Shown here piece by piece: positions 25,301-35,582 of a DNA stretch of 64,000 nucleotides. The first letter of the stretch is position 1. The number at the start of each line of letters is the position of its first letter. The translations under genes and the position numbers were made by a program. The stretch comes from Azolla caroliniana. Taxonomy: Eukaryota > Plantae > Polypodiophyta. The notes below the pieces were generated by a model that was given only the letters and a program-made list of their open reading frames with translations, was not told the origin of the DNA and searched no databases. The stretch lies in assembly GCA_043228905.1 (NCBI GenBank), contig JBHGNT010000009.1, positions 8,494,001 to 8,558,000 of the forward strand, in the 5' to 3' direction.

Positions 25301-26305
25301 ATCTCACACCCTCACATACGCTATGTAGGTTTTCCCCTTTTCTCACTATTTCACTCTTAGTGAGTTATCCCACATACAGGCGCACTACCAGGCCTGTCAG
25401 CATATATATACTAAGTCATTTTCTTCTTTGAATGTAGAAGACATATGTATATGTATATGTGTGTCTATTCGACTGAGTACGAATTTGACTCTCCCACCGA
25501 ATTCGATCAGCTAACCCCCGATTCGGTTCTTCGCAACTGACTATTCTTTTACTTTCCGAATTTCGACCAAATTCGGTAATTCGGTTTTTTTTTCGGCCAA
25601 TTTCAGTGATTCGACTCTAATCGGCTTTTCGACCGATTTCGACCAGTCGACACTCAAGTCGACTTTTCGGCCGACTCCCCCGCAAGGAGGGACGCCTTTA
25701 CACAACAAAAAGTCCACACACAAAAGCACACTCTCTAACAAAGAGACACACAGAAGAGTGAGGGATCAGTGATGGAGAGGGAGAGGGCGGCATAGACTTC
25801 CTCCCAAGGGAGGGAGCTTTCAAGCTGCATGGCCATGGAAGACATTGCTTAGATTTAGGTTTCCTTCACAATAGCAGACACCCACACAAAGAGATGCAAT
25901 AATACATAGAGATGCAATAGATAGGGAGGGATAAACTTCTTCTCAAAGGAGGGTCCTCCGTTCGGGCGTGCCAAAAGTGTTAATGGGTGGGGGGTGAAGC
26001 CATTCTCCCCAAGGGGGTTACGATAAAGAGAGAGCTAGAGAGCAAGACAAATAGGAAATGACACAAAATGAGAGGGGAAAAATGTATATTCCATTACATG
26101 CCCCATTAGGGGTTTATATAGTACATAGTGTAACGGTTAATAATATTACCGTTACAAAAGAAGACCGTTACATTCTTGTCACATGCACATAATTGTGCAT
26201 GTGCTCACACATACTCATCTTCACACACTCATTTACTTTACACATACACATCAATCACATCATTACACTTACCCTTATGCCTCCCCGTATATTCTTACGG
26301 TAACA
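22356..26305 (-). mobile_element. Non-autonomous LTR element, LTRs 22356-22698 and 25978-26305
   Basis: Two highly similar direct repeats with TG...CA ends. Minus-strand CTATATAAA followed by CT-rich sequence suggests orientation. No gag/pol. TGGCACGCC faces inward from both LTRs. TSD degenerate (GCGTG vs ACATT). Confidence 0.8.
24883..25707 (-). mobile_element. Solo LTR (825 bp, probably copia-type)
   Basis: TG...CA ends with 5-bp TSD AAAAG (24878-24882, 25708-25712). Contains ACGTGGAAAACCC, the reverse complement of the motif in the 1008-1731 LTR. Confidence 0.8.
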
Positions 26306-28779
26306 ACATTTCGTCTCCCTCCGTTCCGCGCTTGCCTTCCGTAGGCTCTACCCACACATCGATGTTGACCTCCAAATACGCACTCCTTCTTAGGTCCTCA
26401 TGTGACAACATTACGCGTTCCCCATTTCGGCCTTGCCCATGGTGCTCTCTCACGATAAGGTGTACCTCCATCCCGACATCCGCGTTGAGGATCCCCGCTT
26501 CGGTGTCCTCCGTGGCTCTCGTTACCGCTTCGTCATGATGCACACCCGCTCAGCCCCATCCATCCTTCGGGATGCCGTGTTTGCTCTTCCCGGTGCGTAG
26601 CCCTTCATTCTCCATGCACCTCCTCTGTTTCCCTAGACACGACCCTCCGCTCATGCCAATCTCGTTCAGCTCGTTCCGTCGATCTCGGCACCTTTCCACG
26701 TCGTCTTTCTTCCCGTACTTGCCTCTCAAAGGCTCAACTCGGCTGCTATCGTCGGTCACTCATTGCGGCTCCTCCGGGTGCATGCTTGTTTCTTGGCCCT
26801 CGAGCAGTCGTAGTGCATGCTTCATTTTTCGCCCTTCACTCGCCATAGTCCCGACCTCCGTGTCAGACTCTCCCCCATTCATTGCCGTCATTTCGCACCG
26901 GATACATGCTTCGGCATCATCATCCGCTTCGATCTCCAACTCCTCGCTGCCACCCACCCTCTCTTCGGTCTTATGTTGGCACTCGGGCGCAACCGCCGTA
27001 GCCTCCGGCACCGGTGTCGAGGGGTTTCGCCTCCGTTCGGTCCAATCTTTCTGGACCTTCGCCTTGTCGTGGTTGTGATGTTTTCACCATTGAATTGACC
27101 AATGTTCTAAACAACCGATTGTACAACAAGCATAAACTCGATTTCCAATCGGTTAGCCAAAATTTTCTCTTGTATCATTCGGCTCATCAATGGCCATCAT
27201 GAAGTTGACCATGTCCGCATTGAACCTCTCTTAGGCATTTCTTCTATTGAAGGTTCACCTCGTCGATTTGGGTTCACCAAAAATTTGTCGTAAAGTTCGT
27301 GATTTGTGCATCGAACCATTGGGGTTATGAGTGAGGAGAGTTGTAATGAAAAGGGAGAGAGACGAGGATGGACAAGAGATGGAGATAGTCAACGTATGAT
27401 TCAAGAAGAAAAGAGTATATCATAAAAATATGCTTGATTAAATTAAGATTAAAAGTCAAGAAGGAAAATTAAGACAAAAAATAAGGACGAAAGGGTGCCA
27501 ATCCCCCCGAACACCCCCTAGTGAAGATAAGAGATGGATCCACAATAAGGAAATAAGGAAGAAAGGGCATTAGTCCACCTGACCACCCCCTAACAAAGGT
27601 AAGAGATGGATCCAAGTCCCCCACAAGTGTCCCATACCACCAAGTACAAACATGGATCTTACTTTGGGTTTGAAGAAAAAGGAAAGGAGGCAGGCGTGTA
27701 TGAAGCTAGATCTTTGCTACACCAGAAAGAAAACAATAAGTGCCCCTTCATGAAGGTAGCTAGCTTTCTTATACGAGCTCAAACCCTAGGTCGTCAAAAA
27801 GTATCCAAGTGATGAAAGTCTGTGAAGTTATCTCCTACATTAGGATTATTTAGATAACTCAATCATCACCCTTCTTTCCTTATGAATTAGCCCACAGCTA
27901 AAGTGAGCAAAAGCACTAAAGTTTATGAATTGGGTAAATACAAAACAATCACAATTTTGTTAAATGGAGTGGCATGAAAGGTAATTACTTAAAGGAGATA
28001 GAGTTATAATTTTGTGGGTAGAGCCTCGAAATAAAATCCTTGAGTTTCGATGCAACATCCCAACAAACAACGGCTTCATCTTGTCACAGTAGGTCTTACA
28101 CACCCTCTTGATTCACAACCCGAAGCCTATTCAAAATTTCGATAGCACTTCCGCCTTTATCCAAAATTCAACCACCTAATATTCAGCTCTCCTCTCCCTT
28201 TATAGGGTGTTTGGAGTGCCTTATGCAAATATAAATTTTGTATCTTCTTTTTGTAAGCACTTCACTTTTTCCCCACTTTTGCATACACCTTACTTATATT
28301 CCCTGAGCACATGGCATGCGCATAATGTTGATCTCCATATCCATCCATTCATCCATTCACTTTCCTCTCGTATGTCCTCATGATCTCTCGTTGTATAAAC
28401 GAAATTGGAACCCCTAATTATTTGATCCTAGTATAAGATCTTAGGGTGAAAGCATGCGAGTGGAAACAATTAGCTATGTCCTTGACATAGCTAATTAGCT
28501 ATGCAAAAAGCTACCATTGATAAATAGTCATTTTAGTAAAAAGCCATCATTAATAAATTAACTATGCAAAAAACTACCATTGAAAATACTAGAGTGTTTT
28601 AATTACATATGTAAATGAGTGCCATAAATGTGCAACATAAATGTGTACCATAAATTATATATCGAATTCCTAGGTCCATTATGCATGATCCTTTGCCACA
28701 TCACGTAGGCCATCTCTAGTTGAGTACTGTGGGTTAGTTGCTACCACTGTTGCTAAACCCTATCGAGTCCACCTGCCAC

Positions 28780-29620
28780 CACTCTACACTGAGGGGCTGC
28801 TACTGTGCGTTCCAAGCATCATCAAAGAGCTGCTCAATCTGACGGGGTTCTCTTCTCTGTGACACTCTACACTCAGGGGCCACTACTGTGCATTCCAAGC
28901 ATCATCAAAGAGCTGTTCAATCTGACGGGGTTCTCTTCTCTGTGCCACTCTACACTCAGGGGCCATTACTGTGCGTTCCAAGCATCATCAAAGAGCTGTT
29001 CAATCTGAGGGGGTTCTCTTCTCTATGCCACTCTACACTCAGGGGCCGCTGTTGTGCGTTCCAAGCATCATCAAAGAGCTGTTCAATCTGACGGGGTTCT
29101 CTTCTCTTTGCCACTCTACACTCAGGGGTTGCTACTGTGCGTTCCAAGCATAATCAAAGAGCTATTCAATCTGACGGGGTTCTCTTCTCTTTTCCACTCT
29201 CACTCAGGGGCCGCTACTGTGCGTTTCAAGCATCATTGGTAACTGTTCAATCTGACCGGGTTCTCTTCTCTTTTCCACTCTCACTCAGGGGCCGCTACTG
29301 TGCGTTTCAAGCATCATTGGTAACTGTTCAATCTGACGGGGTTCTCTTCTCTATGCCACTCTATTCTCAAGTGCCTTCTATGTGCGTTTCAAGCATCATC
29401 GGTAACTGTTCAATCTGACGGGTTTCTCTCCTCCATTGCCATCATTCTATACTCAGTTGCCACTACTGTCCAGTCCCGGATTGCTTCCACATTTCGATTT
29501 GACGGAGTTCACTCATCCAACGGCAACATTCTACACTCAGTTGTTGCCATTGGTCGGTCTTGGATCGCCTCCTCAACTGTTGGATCCAACAGAGTGAAAT
29601 CCTCTACTGTTCGGTCTTGG
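28780..29620. repeat. Subterminal tandem array, 83-bp unit, decaying inward
   Basis: Unit ...CCACTCTACACTCAGGGGCC.CTACTGTGCGTTCCAAGCATCATCAAAGAGCTGTTCAATCTGACGGGGTTCTCTTCTC; ORF-track starts recur at 28805, 28888, 28971, 29054, 29137. Confidence 0.95.
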
Positions 29621-29766
29621 ATTGCAATAACTTTTCTGTCTATTGATTATCTTGTGTATTGTTGTGTCTAATCTTGTGTATTGTGTGGAATATTTTTGTG
29701 TATTGTTGTTGCCCATAGCCATCTTTAATACTTGTTTTTTTTTTTCTGGAAATTTAGGGTTTTAAC

Positions 29767-32700
29767 ATGTCTAGCCAAATGGAAGGGGAAGAAGGGTGTT
29801 TAGAATTACCCCTCAATGATCATAAGGATAGGGATGATGTTATCAGGACACAACAAGCCATACGAAACTATTGGGCAGAAAAAAAAAGGAAACATCGTCA
29901 ATTGTTGAAGGATACGAAAGCCACACTCAGTAAAGGTAAGGATAGTTTAGCTGAGAATGTAAGTAATGCGACTACCATCATAGAGAGAAAGGTTGTAGAC
30001 TATTTCAATGTTCAAACCAAGCACATCAGCAATGAAGAAAAGAAGGTAGTACTTTATGGAATATGTAATGATCCATCGATAAAGGACTTAGTTGATTGTG
30101 ATGGTCTTAATGCAAACATATCATGTATTTTAGTAAATAATCTTCGTAATAGTTTCGTATCCATGAGCAGGTCAGAAGATGATCTTGTCTTAAAAAGGTC
30201 TAGTCTAATGATGTTACTTAATAGTGATGTTGACGATATAAACATCAGTGAGCTATCTAAGGTAATTGGTGTTAGTAGAAAAACAGTGTACAATACAATG
30301 AACCGTATAATTTCCTCGGGTGAAGGAACTAGTCTACTAAAGCTAACTACAAGATGTAAGCCAATGACACCCATAACATTTGAAATCAAGGATGTAATCA
30401 CAATGTTTTGGACTAATGAGAGTAGGGTTTCACCCAATAAAAAGGATTTATGCAGGAAACGTGTTGGAAGAAATCAATACGAGGAGCATCCCATTCATCT
30501 TCTTGATGTACCTCAGGTATTTACATTTATCTCAACATTTGTTTTGACTCTACTCGGAAAGTTAATTAGCTCAGTTAGCAGAAAAGCTAATTAGCTTATC
30601 AGTTACATTTACCTCAGTTAGCTACTAGGATCGCTACTACATAGGTAACTAGCTACTCTCAATAGTTACTACCATGATAGCTAATTAGCTATTCTCAATA
30701 GCTAATTTAGGTACTACCAGATAATTAGCTGTACTGCTAGCTAGTTAGCTATCATGGTAGCTAGTTAGCTATTTCGTTATTACCAGCTAATTAGCTACTA
30801 GGAAAGCTAATTAGCTACCATGATAGCTAATTAGCTACTATGATAGCTACTACATAGGTAACTGGCTACTCTCAATAGCTACTACCATGATAGCTAATTA
30901 GTTAGGATAGCTAATTAGCCACCATTATAGCTAATTAGCTACTAGACCAGCTAATTAGCTACCATGATAGCTAATTAGTTACTAGGACAGCTAATTAGCC
31001 ACCGTGATAGCCAATTAGCTACCATGATAGCTAATTAGCTACTATACCAGCTAATTAGCTACCATGATAGCTAATTAGCTACTATACCAGCTAATTAGCT
31101 ACCATGATAGCTAATTAGTTACTAGGAAAGCTAATCAGCCACCAGTATAGCTAATTAGCTACTAGACCAGCTAATTAGCTACCACGATAGCTAATTAGCT
31201 ACCACGATAGCTAATTAGCTACTAGACCAGCTAATTAGCTACCATGATAGCTAATTAGTTACTAGGAAAGCTAATTAGCCACCATGATAGCTAATTAGCT
31301 AGTAGACAAGCTAATTAGCCACCATGATAGCTAATTAGCTACTAGGACAACTAATTAGCTACTAGGACAGCTAATTAGCTACCATGATAGCTAATTAGCT
31401 ACTACGACAGCTAATTAGCTACCATGATAGCTAATTAGCTACTAGAATAGCTAATTAGCTACTAGAATAGCTAATTAGCTACCATGATAGCTAATTAGCT
31501 ACTACGACAGCTAATTAGCTACCATGATAGCTAATTAGCTACCATGATAGCTAATTAGCTACTACGACAGCTAATTAGCTACCATGATAGCTAATTAGCT
31601 ACTAGGACAACCAATTAGCTACTAGGACAGCTAATTAGCTACCATGATAGCTAATTAGCTACTACGACAGCTAATTAGCTACCATGATAGCTAATTAGCT
31701 ACTAGAATAGCTAATTAGCTACCATGATAGCTAATTAGCTACTACGACAGCTAATTAACTACCATGATAGCTAATTAGCTACTAGGACAACTAATTAGCT
31801 ACCATGATAGCTAATTAGCTACTAGAATAGCTAACTAGCTACTAGAATAGCTAATTAGCTACTAGGATAGTTAGCTAGTTACGAGAATAACTAATTCCCC
31901 TTTATTACGCAGGTCGATTTATTTATTAGGTTCAAACGAATGCATCCAACTATCAAAGTTCAACTACAAACATTCGAGTCTCTTAAGCCACACTTTGTGA
32001 GACGCTTAAAGGATCGATACACATGTTGTTGCATTTACCATGTACAGATGGGTTTTCTGAAGGACTCTGTTAATCTACTACGTCACCATAGCGCATCCCT
32101 AACTAATACAGTTTGCACATGTGGGTGCCCAATCTGTCGATCAAGCCCGCAAGAGGAGTGTAAATCATCTGAGCACGTTATCTCTTCCATGAGTTATTTA
32201 TTAGATTCAATATTGTGTCCGAGAGAATCTGACGCTATCTTCCATATTCATAAATGTGTCATGGGTTTATGTCAAGATTGTGGCCCTACTAGATTTAGGT
32301 GGTGTCCAAATGAATTGAGTAGTGAAATATTGATCTCTGTGAAGTTATTTGAGTCAGTGAACACCAATTTCAAAGGAAAGGTGTGTAAAAGAAAGGATCT
32401 AGTTCGGAAGATGCTTAAACCAAGGGATTTGGTGTCTCTGTTTGTAGTATCTCTAGGAAAGTTCATTAAACACAACTTCATTTATTCATGGCAGGCCCAT
32501 CAGTTTAAGACTTGCATATCTGATTTCCCAAATGATGTAGTAGTCTCAGTAGTAGATTTCGCAGAGAATTATACTTTCAAGCAGCAGAATGAAATTCAAT
32601 CTATGCATTGGTGTTCAGTTCAGGTAACCATTTTTGTGCACATAACATATTTTCGAGTTTCAGGTGATGTTAAAAAAGTAATTCATTTCTTTATTTCCGA

Positions 32701-33712
32701 TGATAAGAAGCATGATACCTTGTTCGTCCAACACTGTTTTAAGTTACATTGGCAGTGGTTATTAGCTCAACGTTTGGAGCTTACTCAACATTGGGTCTGG
32801 TCTGACGGAGTTGCGTCACAATTCAAGGCTCGACGTCCATTTTATTTTGTGGGGAGGTATCCTGCTATAACAGGTTTGGAGATGAGATGGAATTTTTTTG
32901 GGTCTGGCCATGGTAAAGGTGAACATGATGGTGCAGGGGCTGTTATAAAGCGGGCACTTACCCATGAACAACTAAAGACAGATGGTGTGCACATGAATTG
33001 TGCATCACATGTAGTTGAATTTTTAAGAACAAATATGTCGACGAGTGCCACAGGTGTTTATTCCTCGCAAGTTCGAGATATCAAACGTGAATTTTGGGAA
33101 GTGAAGATAGATGAAGTAAATAGGGAGAAGACCTGGGAGTGCCAAGGAATTCCCGAATTGCGATCTCTGCATGCTGTTCGCGGTTATTCCAGGTTGGATG
33201 GTCATTGTATTGCGGTTAGAGAATTGACTTGTTTTTGCTTCCATTGTGTGCAGGGAAATTGGAGATATTGTCTAAACAAAGCATACATTCAGAATTGGGA
33301 GTATCACACTCTGAATGATAAGGAAGCAGTTGATGGAGAAACAGGGCAGAATGCTGACTTCACATATGAGGGACTTGGAGATACTTTGAGTGATGTCCTG
33401 AACGTTGGGGATAACTTCGCTGTAAATGCTGAAGAAGGCAATTCAGAGGGTGCTGATTTCTATATATTAAAGTGCACGGTTAGTAAACAGTGTGCAAGGC
33501 AGAATATTGTAGATGCATGGGGAAATTTTGTATCTGCCGGGATATTCTACATCGAAGGCATTTTTTATGCAAAACTAGATGACTACGAATATGTGTACAG
33601 GCTGTTAGAAGACAAACCAGCGGCGTATATGTACTCTCATTTGGTCAGATGCATCAACGTCCCAATGTCAGAATACAATAGCTGCTCCGGTTTATACACT
33701 GTTGGTGCTTAG
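29767..33712 (+). CDS. Sola2-like DDD transposase, two exons (29767-30516, 31913-33712), ~849 aa
   Basis: Phase-0 intron CCTCAG|GTATTT...CTAAT...ACGCAG|GTC joins the 275-aa and 590-aa ORFs in frame. Motifs VDFAENY, WSDG..SQFK and FFGSGHGKGEHDGAG give three catalytic Asp. Cys/His clusters (CCCIYH, CTCGCPIC, CVMGLCQDC, CFCFHC) and an HTH-like segment (ISELSKVIGVSRKTVYN). Confidence 0.88.
30560..31895. repeat. Intronic minisatellite, ~20-bp unit built on the palindrome TAGCTAATTAGCTA
   Basis: Dozens of near-tandem copies fill the transposase intron. Confidence 0.97.
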
Positions 33713-34225
33713 CTGTACAAATGTATTTACAATAGTATGCCATGGAATTTGTAGCTACAAGTAGCACTTACCATGTTCTCTTGTAAAACAAACATGTATT
33801 TCGCGAAAACAGATCAATAAATTCGTTTGGAATCAATTTCTTGTATACAGTCTGCTTTCTGTGCTTCTTTCTCAATAAAATCATGTCTTTTTTGTTAAGT
33901 TTTAAGTTATAAGTTATAGCGAAATAGTCATCAGTAGCTAATTAGCTGTACAAATGCAGCTAATTAGCTGTACAAATGTATTTACAATAGTATGCCATGG
34001 AATTTGTAGCTACAAGTAGCACTTACCATGTTCTCTTGTAAAACAAACATGTATTTCGCGAAAACAGATCAATAAATTCGTTTGGAATCAATTTCTTGTA
34101 TACAGTCTGCTTTCTGTGCTTCTTTCTCAATAAAATCATGTCTTTTTTGTTAAGTTTTAAGTTATAAGTTATAGCGAAATAGTCATCAGTAGCTAATTAG
34201 CTGTACAAATGCAGCTAATTAGCTG
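33710..34225. repeat. 255-bp tandem duplication at the transposase 3' end
   Basis: TAGCTGTACAAATGTATTTACAATAGTATGCC... starts at 33710 and again at 33965; the copies look identical. Confidence 0.95.
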
Positions 34226-34356
34226 TCAATAGCTAAATAGTCATCAATAGAATGAAATCAACAATCTGCAACATATTCCTCAAATTACACAGTAGATAAG
34301 TACAGTGGGAACAAGTAATTAAATTCTTCATTGAATAATGTCATCTCTTTACATAT

Positions 34357-35412
34357 TTATAAATTACCATTGAAAATGTCTACAAATCTCCTATAAACAG
34401 CTAAGCTCTTGCTAGTCAGTGGAACGAGTCTACATATATTATCCGCATATTGAGCTCGGTATGGAGTCCACAACCATGCACCTAGTTGGCAGCTCACTGT
34501 TTGCACCAGGTACTGTTCAGGCATTTCCTCGGGTAGAATGAGACAGCATCTCCGAATATTGAAGTAGTGTCGGAAATGTTCTGTATCCAAAATCAATGTA
34601 TTGTCAGCATTATATTCAGGCCAAGTAGCCCAAAAATCAGAAAGCCTCTTGAATCTTGCAGCTTCCATCTGCTCACAATTTTCTCGTGCCCATTGACCTT
34701 TAAAACGACTTCGCCATTTTGGGAAGAATCTTGCCAAACACTTCCACACATCTGATTTTGGTTTTTCACTCCAAATAAACAAATCGAAGTACTCCACAGC
34801 CCACTCTAGAAACTGATTTGCGTCCCTCCTTGGCTGCATATATCTCACACTCATCAAGACTTTATCCAGCTCCAAGATCAAGGCTCTTCGCTCGACTTCT
34901 AGTGGTTTAGGTTTCCATTCCTGAAACTGAGCCGCTGTTACACCATTTTCTGGTAGGATACGATCAATCTCAATCAGCTCAGGTTCGGCTGACACAACTG
35001 GTGTCCTTTTCCTCTTTAAACCCCTAGTCGACTGTGTTGGGCCTAGCTTCACATTCTGGTGCTCTTGTTTTGTCGACTTAGTTATCAATCCTTGGATTAC
35101 CTCAGTGCATGTAGCTACTGTTCTGCTCGATATCAGTCCACTGGTATCACATGCTGCATCTACCTGCAACACCAAGTCATCCGTGCTACATGCTTGATCA
35201 ACTTGTGTGACCAGATCACTTGTGTCAGTTGCTACATCTACTTTCAAGATGGGGCCCTTTAAACATGCCGCAACATCAACAGTATCCACACTGCCATTGG
35301 CCTTACGAGCAATAGAATCAAACCCTTTAGACTCTGCAACATCAGAAAACACCAACATATTCACACTCACAAAGTAACTACTAGTCTCACAAAACAATAT
35401 CCTGAACATCAA
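34357..35412 (-). CDS. FCP1/NIF (HAD-fold) phosphatase-like protein, probably catalytically altered; 5' end unresolved
   Basis: LILELDKVL (cf. LVLDLDETL), R..ANQFLEWAVEYFDLFIWS, W.RENC, KRLSDFW..WPEYNADNTLILD follow the FCP1-homology pattern. Strong acceptor TTGCAG at 35334 suggests the exon starts at 35333. Confidence 0.65.
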   Translation of the reverse strand: MMFRILFCETSSYFVSVNMLVFSDVAESKGFDSIARKANGSVDTVDVAACLKGPILKVDVATDTSDLVTQVDQACSTDDLVLQVDAACDTSGLISSRTVATCTEVIQGLITKSTKQEHQNVKLGPTQSTRGLKRKRTPVVSAEPELIEIDRILPENGVTAAQFQEWKPKPLEVERRALILELDKVLMSVRYMQPRRDANQFLEWAVEYFDLFIWSEKPKSDVWKCLARFFPKWRSRFKGQWARENCEQMEAARFKRLSDFWATWPEYNADNTLILDTEHFRHYFNIRRCCLILPEEMPEQYLVQTVSCQLGAWLWTPYRAQYADNICRLVPLTSKSLAVYRRFVDIFNGNL

Positions 35413-35582
35413 AGAGTTTCAAGCATAGAACAACACTCTTCAAATTATCTTGGAAAAACATCATAGAGTTCCATTACATAATGTGGATCAAGCAACAACC
35501 AATCTGAGGTTTTACTTGTCCAACAGGATAGTAAAACTTCATAAAACCCTAGCAAAATCCCTAAGCTAACAATCATATCCAA

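Larger units (their letters stand above)
19947..27285 (-). mobile_element. Largely non-coding internal region of a Trp-primed gypsy-family element, with a ~545-bp tandem unit and two nested insertions
   Basis: 20200-20382 matches 22177-22355, and 21812-22170 matches 26311-26660. PBS-like GGGTTCACCA at 27270-27279 is followed by an LTR-like terminus TGTCGTAAAG at 27286, which does not closely match the 19200 LTR. Confidence 0.5.

Noticed and set aside
19200-28443. Pairing the LTR at 19200-19946 with the LTR-like sequence from 27286 as one intact element
   Set aside because: They share only the terminal TGTCG; no extended identity or TSD was found.
28780-29620. CRISPR-like array in the 83-bp repeats
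   Set aside because: Units are repeated in full with no unique spacers, there are no cas genes, and the context is eukaryotic.
29767-30594. Separate 275-aa gene
   Set aside because: It is exon 1 of the transposase; the last ~25 residues are intron read-through.
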